Of a stretch of 64,000 bases of DNA, positions 11,469 to 23,394 are shown piece after piece (the stretch's first letter is position 1; the number at the start of each line of letters is the position of its first letter). Origin of the DNA: Paecilomyces variotii (Eukaryota). A model generated the notes under the pieces. It had not been told where the DNA came from and did no database searches. It saw only the letters and a list, made by a program, of their open reading frames with translations. The stretch is taken from the NCBI GenBank assembly GCA_004022145.1, contig RCNU01000001.1. One strand, written 5' to 3'. A program made the position numbers and the translations under genes.

Positions 11469-13044
11469 ATGGTATGTCTGCGCATCCCTGTTGCTATCTG
11501 CGTCCTGCGTAGGCAGTCGCTGACACGTCGTGTTCCAACAGGGTAACCAACAGTCTGGTCTCGGAGGAGGCCCAGGCGGTGACAGAGATGCGAAGGATCA
11601 GAAGGTACGAGGGAAAATGCCTTTCGTGTATTTGATTTTGGCGGATCGACTAACTTCACTGCGATTACAGAAAGACAAGCCTAAGTACGAGCCGCCACCA
11701 CAGCCTACCACCCGTCTCGGACGCAAGAAGCGCAAGGCTGCTGGTCCCAGCGCTGCTGCAAAACTGCCGACCATCTTACCAACGTCACGATGTCGGTTAC
11801 GATATCTGAGGATGCAGCGGGTGCATGATCACCTGTTGTTAGAAGAAGAATACGTCGAGAACCAGGAGCGGCTTCGCAGAGCGAAGGCTCAGGCAGTGAC
11901 GACACCGGCCGGAGTAGACCTGGATCCTACGGATAGAAATGCGGACGAGAGGAGCCGAGTGGATGACATGAGAGGCAGCCCGATGGGTGTTGGTAATCTA
12001 GAGGAGATGATTGACGACGACCACGCCATTGTCTCGAGTGCTACCGGCCCTGAATATTACGTCTCTATCATGTCTTTCGTGGACAAGGATCTGCTGGAGC
12101 CGGGTGCTAGTATCCTACTACATCACAAGTCGGTGTCCGTTGTCGGTGTCCTAACAGAAGATGCTGATCCGTTGGTGTCGGTTATGAAGCTCGACAAAGC
12201 TCCCACTGAGTCGTACGCAGATATTGGTGGTTTGGAATCGCAGGTTCAGGAAGTACGAGAGTCTGTCGAGTTGCCCTTGCTACACCCGGAACTGTACGAA
12301 GAGATGGGTATCAAGCCGCCCAAAGGTGTCATCCTTTACGGTAGTCCGGGAACCGGAAAGACTCTACTAGCCAAGGCTGTTGCCAACCAGACAAGCGCCA
12401 CTTTCCTCCGCATCGTCGGCAGTGAGCTGATCCAGAAATATCTCGGAGATGGCCCTCGCCTCGTGCGGCAGATTTTCCAGGTTGCCGCTGACCACGCCCC
12501 CTCGATCGTGTTCATTGATGAGATCGATGCTATTGGTACCAAGCGATATGAATCGACGTCTGGCGGTGAACGTGAGATCCAGAGAACCATGTTGGAGCTT
12601 CTGAACCAGCTTGACGGTTTCGATGACCGCGGTGATGTCAAGGTTATCATGGCAACCAACAAGATTGAGAGCTTGGACCCTGCCTTGATCCGTCCTGGTC
12701 GTATTGACCGGAAGATCCTCTTCGAAAACCCTGACCGTAAGTGTCTATCTCACATAACAATTTGCAGTTGACTCTGGCTAACGACCGACATAGAAAACAC
12801 GAAGAAGAAGATTTTCACTCTACACACATCGAAAATGTCTCTCGGCGATGATGTCGACCTTGACGAATTCATCAGTCAGAAGGATGACCTGTCTGGTGCC
12901 GATATCAAGGCCATCTGTTCGGAGGCTGGCTTGATGGCCCTGCGGGAGAGACGTATGAGAGTGCAGATGGCCGACTTCCGGGCTGCTCGTGAGAGAGTCA
13001 TGAAGACAAAGCTCGAGAATGAACCAGAGGGGTTGTACCTGTAG
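11469..13044 (+). CDS. RPT2: 26S proteasome AAA-ATPase Rpt2 (PSMC1); 4 exons, first coding exon is ATG only
   Basis: ATG|GTATGT..CAACAG|GGTAAC gives MGNQQSG. Walker [35 protein letters not shown]-terminal HbYX-type EGLYL. Confidence 0.96.
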
Positions 13045-13570
13045 GCTTTCCTGCCTGAGTTGTATACTCGCGAACTGGGGCTACTAGAAGGAGAGTTGCA
13101 TTAGACGCCGTCAAGATCTGTATTGTAACGATAGCAATCTAATCGGGCTTCTCCCGGTTGTTGGTGCCAAATAATGCATAGTTTAACTATATACCATCAC
13201 TGTAATTGTATCACGTATCAAGTTCCGGCCCAGTTTATTTTGCTACAGCTTTAGGGTTTCCTGCAGGAAGAAGGGCGGTTCTGGGTTCTGGAGGAGAGTA
13301 GACAAATCTCGTTCATTTTTACCGACCTTATGACATATCAGAAGTGATCATGTCAATGTGAGATATTTTCATCCCAAGGAGGTCAATAACAAGGGCACGT
13401 TTCGGCTGCACTTCAATATCAGAGCAGAGTAATAAAGCTTGTCCATGTCAACCAATCACCAGTGCCAGGAGAAGAGCTCCGGTGCAAATGTTGCAAACAA
13501 GACTCCGCGTTGATGATCTATCTGCTCAGCGCTGTATTATTTGGAACCCTACACGACCAAACAACAAGCC

Positions 13571-15325
13571 ATGGATGACTTCGATGAGGAGGCGTTCAAG
13601 AAATTCTTCCCGACTAGCTTCGGGAAGCAAGAGACGAAGGCTGATGTCAGGGCCCAGATCGACCGCACCAAGCGCACTGAGAAGGTCGTGAAGTCGCAAG
13701 AACCCGGTGGCAAGCAGGAGTCCCTCGCCATAGAGGAGAAAGAGGAGAGACCTGTTGTTCCTGCAGATAGCAGTGATGATGATGATGACGATGACGACTC
13801 GGATGAAGATGAAGAGGATGAATTTCCGGTTTCTCACGAGCTCGTTCTCAAGACCCATGAGCGCGCCGTTACCTCGATGACGGTCGATTTGGCTGGGTCG
13901 CGCCTAATTACGAGTTCAACTGACTGCACGATCAAGTTACATGACTTCGCGTCGATGACCCCTTCAACGCTGCGGGCTTTCAAATCAGTCGACCCGACGG
14001 CGAAGAAGACATCTGCGGCTCAGGAAACACATCCTGTCCATCATGTCGAATTCAATCCTATTTCTCCCAGTCAGGTCTTGGTCATCGCCGCCACGCCTCA
14101 GCCAAGGATTCTCAGTCGCGACGGTGACACCTACACGGAATTTGTCAAGGGAGATATGTATCTGCGGGATATGCATAATACAAAGGGACATGTATCGGAA
14201 GTTACGAGCGGCGCCTGGAGCCCAACGGACTATAATATCTGTGCCACAGCAGGTACAGACAGTACAGTACGGATATGGGACGTGAATGTAGGAAGGTCAC
14301 AGAAGGAGGTCATAGTGCACAAGTCGAGGATAGCTGGCTCTGCAGGACGGACGAAGATGACGGCTGTTGCTTGGGGTTCGCCAGCCCAGGGAGGTCCCAA
14401 CGTGCTCATCGCAGCAGCGCTGGATGGCAGCTTAGCAATGTGGAGTGGCGATGGACCATATACAAGGCCAGCTGCTGAGGTCAGAGATGCGCATACGAAA
14501 GACACTTGGACGAGTGGCCTGGATATCAGTAAGGATGGCAGGCTTGTTGTCACGAAAGGCGGTGACGATACCATCAAACTATGGGACACGAGAAAGTTCA
14601 AGACACCTATTACGACTGTCTCTCATCCATCAATATCGAGCCGATATCCGACATCGAACATCAAGTTCTCTCCTACGTCGGCCAATGTCATTACTGGGTC
14701 AGAGACGGGTCATCTGCACATCCTGAACCCTGCCACTCTTAAACCGGAGCTTGTCACCCCGGTCACTCCTGGTTCACCATTGATTACGGTCCTGTGGCAT
14801 GAAAAGCTAAACCAGATCCTGACTGGATCGGCCAATGCAGAGACGCATGTTCTATACAACCCGAACATGTCCACTAAGGGAGCCGCTTTGGTCATGTCCA
14901 AAGCTCCCAAACGTCGCCATGTCGACGACGATCCTACACTTACTACGGACCTGTCCCAAGGTCTTTCTGGGGACTCGGTCGTTGTCGGTTCAAATAACCT
15001 GCCGCATGTTGCGTCGAGCTGGTCCGCGCGGCATCCGACTGTTGGATTGACAGCATCTGGGCGCTCGCGAGACCCCAGAAGACCCCATCTCCCAGCGCAG
15101 ACACCGTTCGCCAAATCTCAGCCAGATGAAAGACATATCCGCGAGAATATTCCTCTCAGTTCTATGCGCGATGAGGATCCGCGTGAGGCACTGCTCAAGT
15201 ATGCAGAGAAAGCAGAGAAAGATCCTCTATTCACAAAGGCATGGAAGGAGACACAACCGAAACCTATTTTTGCGGAGCTCAGTGACGAGGAAGAGGAACC
15301 GGAAAAGAAAAAAGTTAAGCGATAA
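13571..15325 (+). CDS. WDR70: WD40 repeat protein WDR70/GAD-1
   Basis: FFPTSFGK; PVSHELVLKTHERAV; hallmark EFVKGDMYLRDMHNTKGH; C-terminal DPREALLKYA...AWKETQPKPIF. Confidence 0.88.
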   Translation: MDDFDEEAFKKFFPTSFGKQETKADVRAQIDRTKRTEKVVKSQEPGGKQESLAIEEKEERPVVPADSSDDDDDDDDSDEDEEDEFPVSHELVLKTHERAVTSMTVDLAGSRLITSSTDCTIKLHDFASMTPSTLRAFKSVDPTAKKTSAAQETHPVHHVEFNPISPSQVLVIAATPQPRILSRDGDTYTEFVKGDMYLRDMHNTKGHVSEVTSGAWSPTDYNICATAGTDSTVRIWDVNVGRSQKEVIVHKSRIAGSAGRTKMTAVAWGSPAQGGPNVLIAAALDGSLAMWSGDGPYTRPAAEVRDAHTKDTWTSGLDISKDGRLVVTKGGDDTIKLWDTRKFKTPITTVSHPSISSRYPTSNIKFSPTSANVITGSETGHLHILNPATLKPELVTPVTPGSPLITVLWHEKLNQILTGSANAETHVLYNPNMSTKGAALVMSKAPKRRHVDDDPTLTTDLSQGLSGDSVVVGSNNLPHVASSWSARHPTVGLTASGRSRDPRRPHLPAQTPFAKSQPDERHIRENIPLSSMRDEDPREALLKYAEKAEKDPLFTKAWKETQPKPIFAELSDEEEEPEKKKVKR

Positions 15326-15799
15326 GACTATTAAAGACAAATTTCGTTGTCTGCATTTATCATTACTGCCAGGGCAATAGGGATTGGTTGGATCACGGCG
15401 TAAATGGAGATCTTTGTTTGTATGTACTGTATATACTTGGCGCTGGGATAGTAGGAAACTAGCGAGATCCATAAGAACCATGTGATGAAGAGGGAAGATA
15501 CCCAGTTGACGTCAGACAGTGATTAAAGTATAGAACACCAATTATAGGTTTCTTGTGATGTAGTTCTCACTCAAAATAATATTCAATAGCATTAAAAATC
15601 CGACTATGCCGCATTGGACATTTTATAAAACGACCGACGATTCCAATTCTTTACCAGAAGCCGATCAAAAGAAGGTGAGAACTACTCCGGATACAGTCTA
15701 CGATGCTCTATCTAGATGGCGAAGACAAATAGTGGGCTATCAAAATCACTGCAGGCAATGGGACCTTTGCTTCCTTGGTTTTGTCAAGACTGAAATCTC

Positions 15800-15960
15800 A
15801 CCACATTGCCAGGTCAGCCTGGGAGAACGTCCTCGGGACAATGAATACAGTAGGTCCATCCGAAATGGAGATGTTGGGTTTCGACATGCTTCCCTCTGGC
15901 TTCAGATGCAGTGCGGTCATATATATACTCTGATGGAGACATTGATATGTGGGGCAGGGG
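15800..15960 (-). pseudogene. Possible decayed C2H2 zinc-finger gene fragment
   Basis: Minus strand reads KHVETQH...TYCIHCP and, after a 1-nt frameshift, RTFSQADL, then a stop. Confidence 0.35.
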
Positions 15961-17056
15961 TATACTTAGAAGCCGCAGCTGCTGGAATTTGTATTGCTGA
16001 GCAGGAGAATTTTCATGAGACACTCCATGTTGCGCATCTGAGGCATGACCCGGATCGATACTGGGATGTAGTACAGCGGACGTGGCTAGCGGCACATAAG
16101 GAATAGCAGACGGTCATGAAACTAATGTGAACAGATCACAGCAGCATGTAGGAAAAGGCTGCATGGTGTGCTTTTTGTCTTGATATAAGCATTGATCAGA
16201 CTGATGATCTCTGCTAATGGTGAAACTAAGTAGCAGTTTCTTCTCTCAGCACTGCCACTTTTGTCCAGTTCCGCCATGATAACTGCACGCAATGAGAACC
16301 TGGAAGGTACTTGTAAATGAAGTGATTGATGTACTTACTGTACATACATTTAGTCTGCATATAATTCAATAGAACGATCGAAACTCGCACTAGCTGCCCT
16401 ACTATTGGCCACCGGGCGCTTTAGTCATGCCCATTCTTCTCGGCAGTCAAGATGAGTTATTATTAACCCGGCCCGACTCGTAGTGTCCTCGTCTAATAAT
16501 ACTCAGTAATCCTCCAGGCGAGGTTTCAAAAAATTATCCATCTCCTGCTATTGAACCCTCGATACTGCCATCTGTTGCCTGAAAGTGCTGTGGTCATTGT
16601 GTCAGGAACTGGTGTTCTGCATATCCGTACGCGTGCGCTACTGGATTCCGTCTTCTCCGCCAGCAGTCAAAGCTATCCCCGACATCCGCTCGACGAAGCT
16701 CTTATCCGACACCGCGATAGGCCCGACACGCAACGAAACGAACCCAGATCATCATGAGGCTACTGGTCTCGAGGTCCTATCTTCAAAGCTAACACTAGAC
16801 AGCGATCCAGATCGCTGGTGAGGGTGTGGGAGAGCAAAAACGCAACCAGAGGAGGAGGAAAAGCCGTCGAAGCTTGTGTGCCTAACTGTAGCGCTGATCT
16901 TACCGCATCCTTTCGCATCGGCCCCTACGGAGAGCAGCGCACATGCGGGTGCGTATGATCATCTGCCAGTTGGAAGAGTTATAAAAATTCTGTCGCGCGG
17001 CATTCGCGCTCTCTTCTCTTCTTCGGTTTCCTTTACACGGGAGGTCTCCGAGCCTG

Positions 17057-19561
17057 ATGGAGGGCTCGCGGAATATTTCAGCAGCCGGTCTGCTTTCAAC
17101 AATGGCCTCCTCCGCCGTCACGGAACCGACGTTAACGCCGTCGGCGTTTCAGGCGCTTTTGATGTTGGTGGGAGGACAGGACGATGGGAGTGATGGCGGG
17201 AACGGAAGGATGCGGTCGTGGTCTACACTCATCGGTATTGTGACTGCTCTGATCGGGAACATTTTCATCTCCTTCGCCTTGAATATACAGCGCTACGCGC
17301 ATATTCGCATCGAACGCGAGTGGGAGAATGAGCGGGTTCGTTTGGGAGTCAGAAGGCCGCGATGGAGGCAGGCCAGCTCAAATGGGCAATCCTCGCATAA
17401 CTATGGGATTGTCTCTGGTTCGATTGATGAGTATGGTGATGGTGAAGGCAATAGCGGAGAATATGCGGACAGCCCAACATTTGAAAGATATCGAGACGAC
17501 CCTGAGGAAGATGAGCCCAGTCTGGATATAGAAGAACATGACGAACACAGTCGGTTAGGGCATTCTTTTCAGTCTGATCGGACACTGAGACCAGTGGAGA
17601 AGGATGTCAACGGCCCCGAACGCAAGTCCTATTTGAGCTCCCCGTATTGGTGGGCCGGTATTGTCCTCATGACCATCGGGGAGGCAGGAAACTTTCTGGC
17701 CTACGGTTTTGCTCCTGCATCGATTGTATCGCCCTTGGGCGTGATTGCTTTGGTGTCGAACTGTGTCATTGCCCCTTTCATGCTGAAGGAGAAGTTTCGG
17801 AAGCGTGATTTCTGGGGCGTTATCGTCGCAATTGCGGGAGCGGTCGTCGTGGTTTTGAGTGCAAGTTCCTCAGAAGAGAAGATCGGGCCTCATGAGATCT
17901 GGGACATGATTACGACGTGGGAATTCGAACTCTATCTAGGACTTACTGCGGGAATGATCGTGGCATTGATGTGGGCAAGTGGAAAACATGGCTCACGGTC
18001 CCTTCTAATTGATCTTGGGTTGGTTGGACTTTTCGGTAAGTACTGGCTTTGTATGGCCGTTCGATCTACAGGTTAATGCTAACTGCTGTTAGGTGGATAT
18101 ACTGCCCTATCAACTAAAGGTGTCGCCTCTCTTTTGTCTTTCACTTTGTGGCATGTCATCACATTCCCTATCACCTATCTGCTTGTAGCTGTTCTTGTCT
18201 CCAGCGCGTTAATGCAGATTCGGTATCTCAATCGTGCTTTGCAGCGATTTGACTCAACTCAAGTGATCCCCACTCAATTCGTCTTATTCACGCTGTCTGT
18301 TATCATTGGCAGCGCTGTCCTCTACCGTGACTTCGAGTCCACCACGGCCAGCAGAGCTGCGAAATTCGTGGGCGGTTGCGCCTTGACTTTTCTTGGCGTT
18401 TATCTTATCACGAGTGGCAGAGTCACTGCCGATGATGCCTCTTCTCTATCCACTGATGACGAGGAGGAAGCGATTGGATTCATGCACAGTGAAAGGTACC
18501 AGGACGAAGTCGACATCTCTGCTTCAGGACCCGACCGCCAAGTGCGTAAGCCTGGCCAGACTGCTGCTCGCGAGCAAGCTGTTCCACAGCCGCGTCGTGG
18601 GTCATTGTCAAGTGGCAGCATCGACATCAATGATGACGAATTAGTCCCGCCGCGGCATGGTCTATCTACTTCGCTATCCTCTCAGACACCCTCCCTCGCT
18701 GCAGCGTCTTTGACCTCTCCATCCAGGGAGGGGACCGTCTCACCAGAGCCTCCCCACTCTTTGATCAACAACCCTTGGGCTTCAGAAGCACATTCCATCG
18801 ACACATCCCAGTCAGAGCCCGTGGAGCGACCCTCTACTCCCCCAGCAGCATCTACCGAACCACTTGATGAGTCGACTGTTGTTCTGCGATTCCCGTCGGC
18901 GCCCGGTGTAGTTGGCCCCCCGCAGCAGAATACTGGAACTCCGCAAACGCCAGCCACCCCGTCTGCGGCAGTCGACCGTACGCATCGCAGACCCCGGCAT
19001 CCTCAAGGCATGCGAACGCCACCAGCCAGTTCACGGCATTCACTGTCACTGCATCTCACTCCTGGCCCGCTGTTGCCCCCTCTTTCGTCGGGTCTCAGTG
19101 CAGTGGTCGCAGAGTCTCTTCGACGGGGCGAGGGTAGTCCACGGAAGGCTCAGAGGGCAAAGCGACAAGGCAGAACAAGAAAACATTCTAGTGCTGCCGT
19201 TGACGGTTTCCATCGGGACAGAGACGGTGACGCTGGAGAGATTGGATATGATACCGAGGCCAGCGTCGACCACAGTTCTGGTGCTATCCAGTCCACCCCG
19301 GCCTCGACGAGATTTAACTCGACAGGCGACATGCACACTGATGGACACTCAAGCCCCGCCAATGGAAACACCGGTAGCAAGGATCCCACAGATGATGCAT
19401 CTTCTTCTCGACTACGCAGTCTCAGTGATTCCTGGAACGGCCGACTGGCCTGGTTGGGAGGCACATTACGAAAATCCAATAAGGGAAAGCCTAAAACCCT
19501 CCTGCCTAGCGCTCCACTGGATCGCATAAACGGTGAAGGCGCAGATGCGGGTCGTGAATAA
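17057..19561 (+). CDS. NIPA/DUF803 magnesium transporter family protein; intron ~18036-18092
   Basis: SYLSSPYWWAGIVLMTIGEAGNFLAYGFAPASIVSPLG; QIRYLNRALQRFDSTQVIPTQFVLFT; long disordered C-tail. Start codon is uncertain. Confidence 0.9.
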
Positions 19562-20231
19562 TTCGGCATAACATTTGCGGAAGATAGTTACAGCGTCGCT
19601 GTCTTCCTATCCTCTATAGAGTTCCTTGTATTCTTGCACCATTCGTGTGTTATAGTTCTTGTTCATCGTTTTTCATGGAATACCTTGTCTACATAGCCCA
19701 CTCTCCTTTTCACGATCCGTCATACATACATAGTGCTTTCTATTTCCCTTTTTCTTTTCCAAGGTTGGGTACTTTGGGCATGCATGGTTTAGTTTTGTAT
19801 GTATATACCTTTAATCCAGATACCTATACTTGTTGTATATTCATCTTTGTATGTTCTTCTATATATAGGCGTACTCTTGATAGTGATAGGACTATTCAGC
19901 GTTATCAACGTAATAAGATTGTTTTATCGAATACATTGACTATACGACTCCAATATGGGTTCCTATATGTTGAAAACACTCTAGACTTAATGTAGCTCCA
20001 GGCAACAGTTGTATGAGTCGATATACCATAGGGCTTTACCTCCGAGATGCTTACTTCCGAGCCGAAGTTCGGACATCTCGGCGCTAACACAAATAGAATA
20101 CGGCGCGCCTCCCATCTTATCTGATCGAAATGCAGTCTTCTAGAGATTATCATCGAGTCTGAATCATCTAATCTGATTTAGTCACTTGATCTGCGTGCAG
20201 ACAGCTGGACGAATAAAGTTGCTCGTGCGAC

Positions 20232-22737
20232 ATGGATAGTCTGCAACCCGTCCTGCCTCAAAAGAGGATCAGGCAGATCTTCTCATGCAACGAATGTCGA
20301 CGGCGAAAACTGAAATGTGATCGGAATATTCCGTGCAATAGATGCGTGAAATCTGGTTGTCCTGGAGCGTGTCTCTATACATCGCGCAACAAGCGGTCGA
20401 TTCGCGAGAGGAGGGCCAATGTCGAGAATGCTCGGAGCGACATTACACCAGGACGTCCTGCGGAATGCAAGTCACAGGAAACTGCTCGAGTCGCAGAAAC
20501 TGGGCAAATAACACCTGCCTCGACGGACATCCCCGAGGAACGGGATAATACTATCTCGGATCTTCAGAGAAGAGTAATGATGCTGGAAAGTCTTCTTACA
20601 GAACGTACTAGTGAACCTTCACAGCCAAGGCCCTATGACGGCTTCTCTCTCCGAAATGATAGCGGGCTGGCAGAGTGCTGGCCAAACCAAGCTGGACTTC
20701 GAAATATTCACTTCATGAGAGATTTCCTACATGGGAAGAATAAAAATACCAGCTTCCACGGGAGGAGTCACTGGCATTCACTATTTGGACAAGTATGTGC
20801 TGAACCGCTTTCAGGCTGGGTGTGATATGAGCTGATCACCAAGGTACAGTTTGACGACGTGATTTCGATATTGGAAACCTGCAAAAAGAGGAAAGATGTA
20901 GGTACTGCTAGGGAGTATAGATCCATGAAAACGCTCCTCAGGCAGACATGGGACAGGAACTGCTGTGGGGAGCAGCATCAGGCGATGATCCTGCACGGCT
21001 ATATCCCTCCTCGAGACGTCGCTGATCAACTAGTCGACTTCTACTTGGAGACGTTCGAGTACACGTACAGAATCCTCCATGTACCAACGTTCCGGAAGTT
21101 GTACGACGAATTCTGGGTGACACCAGCCAGGGAGAACTTCCATCTCATGGCGCAAATATATTCAATTCTGGCGATCAGCGCCTCTTATTATTTCCAGATG
21201 GAAAGCGTCCCTCCTAGCATCCTACCGCTCAAGGACCAGATTCCCATCTGGCTGCATTGTGTTCAACATTGGCTGGACCATGCCCTTGAGAACAAAAGGA
21301 ACCTCTTCCACGCCTTGCAAGTACAGTGCCTATTGACAATCGCCCGTCAAGTCAGTTCAGCCGATAGTAACATGGTATGGATATCCTGTGGTGCTATGGT
21401 ACGCACCGCAATATCCGCGGGTCTCCATCGGAATCCAATGTCGTTCCGTAGCATGACACCGTTTTACGCAGAGATGCGGCGCCGGTTATGGGCCACGATA
21501 ATGGAACTGGATCTTCAAGCATCACTCGATGCCGGAAAGTGTCCGACTCTTTCTTACAGCGATTATGATTGTGATATGCCGTCGAATTTAGATGATGATG
21601 ATATCGCGGATCCTGATCGAATTCCGTCAAATTCGAAAGACCCTGACCGGTCTACACGGACATCATTCTTGGTGGCACTCTCCAGATCACTTCCGGCTCG
21701 GATTGAAGTTGCCAAGCTGGCAAACGGTCTCGATGCCAATGTCTCGTATAATGAGCTTCTGAGACTTAGCGCTGAGATCACGAAGTCTTTTCAATACCTG
21801 CCACCTCCACGGTCTGAGAAAAAAACCATACTGCATCCTTCTTTCCAGACCGACTTCTTTGACTTCCTTACTCGTCGTTTCCTTCTTGTCATCCACCGAC
21901 AGGTAGCCATCATGGGTGCCTACGATCCAAAATACCACTTTTCTCGAAGGATAGTTCTTGATTCTTCATTGACAATGCTGTCACACTTTGGAGTCTCCAC
22001 CGGGTCTATTGGTGAAGATGGTAACCGGAAAGCTCCATTGGCGACATACTGCGGTGGCATGTTTTGCAATGAACTTTTGAATGCGGCACTTAGCATTTGT
22101 GTGGAAATGCTAATGGGAAAGGTCGATATAGAAACCTTGGGTTGCTCAATTCATGACCAAGCACTGTCCACAATGACGGGCTCAAGTTCTCGTTTAGCAG
22201 ATAACCACTTATTAACCGTCATCGAGGGAGCCATAAGGATGGTTGAGCGATGGATATTAGAAGGACACGGGATGTATAACAAGATATATCTGTGCTTATG
22301 CACGGCATTCAGTTCAGTGAAATCGCGGTACGCCAACGAGGAACCACAGGCTGCTGTATCGACGGCAATTTCCGAGAGCATTCAGAATTTCAAGATGTTG
22401 CTGCTCCAGAGGACGCCTGGAATTCAGATATTCGATGGTACAGTGGTACAGAACGTGAGTCCCCACGGCTGAAACATATACAATCGATATCAATCTGCTT
22501 ACCTGGCCCAGGATACTCCCGAATCCAGTATTTCTATGGTGGACCATGCAGACGGTTGTAATAACATTCAGGTCAGTCGATGTTTTGCACATTCTGTAAG
22601 TCTTGGTCAGAAAATAAGTGACTAGGGCAAGGAGCTAACAGTGTATGATGCAGACACTTACAAGCGATATAGTGCGCGGAGAGAATGAGTGGGATAACAG
22701 TAACCTTGATTCGTGGGATATCGATTGGGAGTTTTAG
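20232..22737 (+). CDS. Zn(II)2Cys6 transcription factor with fungal-specific TF domain (about 4 exons)
   Basis: SCNECRRRKLKCDRNIPCNRCVKSGCPGAC; AISAGLHRNP...EMRRRLWATIMELD; spliced acidic/aromatic tail EWDNSNLDSWDIDWEF*. Confidence 0.92.
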
Positions 22738-23394
22738 CCTCATCTATAGTTTCTTTCTGGCTTGGTGGAATTGTTCTTGATTAATGCACGTTACCTGATA
22801 CCCTTAAGCAACCTCAATCTGATGACAGAATCCACGCTCTAGCATACAATGTCCGTATTAGCCTTCCACGGTCTCAAAAAAATCTACCCCATGAGCAAGC
22901 ATAATTTATAGAGGCATTTGACAAACATCGGGGATAGATAGGCATAACTATAAGCGACAGCGCATCAAGCAACAAAGAGTTTCATAAACGTCCCACTAAC
23001 AACCCATCCCCGTACTTCGTTGTGATCATCACACCTGGCTGAGATCTGCCCTTGTTTGCTCCACCATTCCCACACCAGCGTTTTCTGTTCTCGAACAAGA
23101 AGTGAACGATCAACACACGTTTTACCCCGAGAACTCCGCCCCACAACCTCGGCCGAGCGCAAATCCGTCGTTCTTCTTCCCCCATAGCCAGTTAGTCCGA
23201 CATCGCCCTTTTACCACCGAGTCGGAGTAAGACGGAGGCGCGAAATAATTCTATACCATAACATTATCAACGCTCTAACTTCCATCCGGACTCTACGACA
23301 ATTCCACACGGACAAATATCAATATCAATATATATCGTTATTCGTCCGTGAATGGATCCAACTTAGAAACGCGAGGGGAAAAAGGATCATCACA

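Noticed and set aside
15606..16106. 166-aa plus-strand ORF
   Set aside because: No motifs and atypical composition; the opposite strand gives a better, though degraded, explanation.
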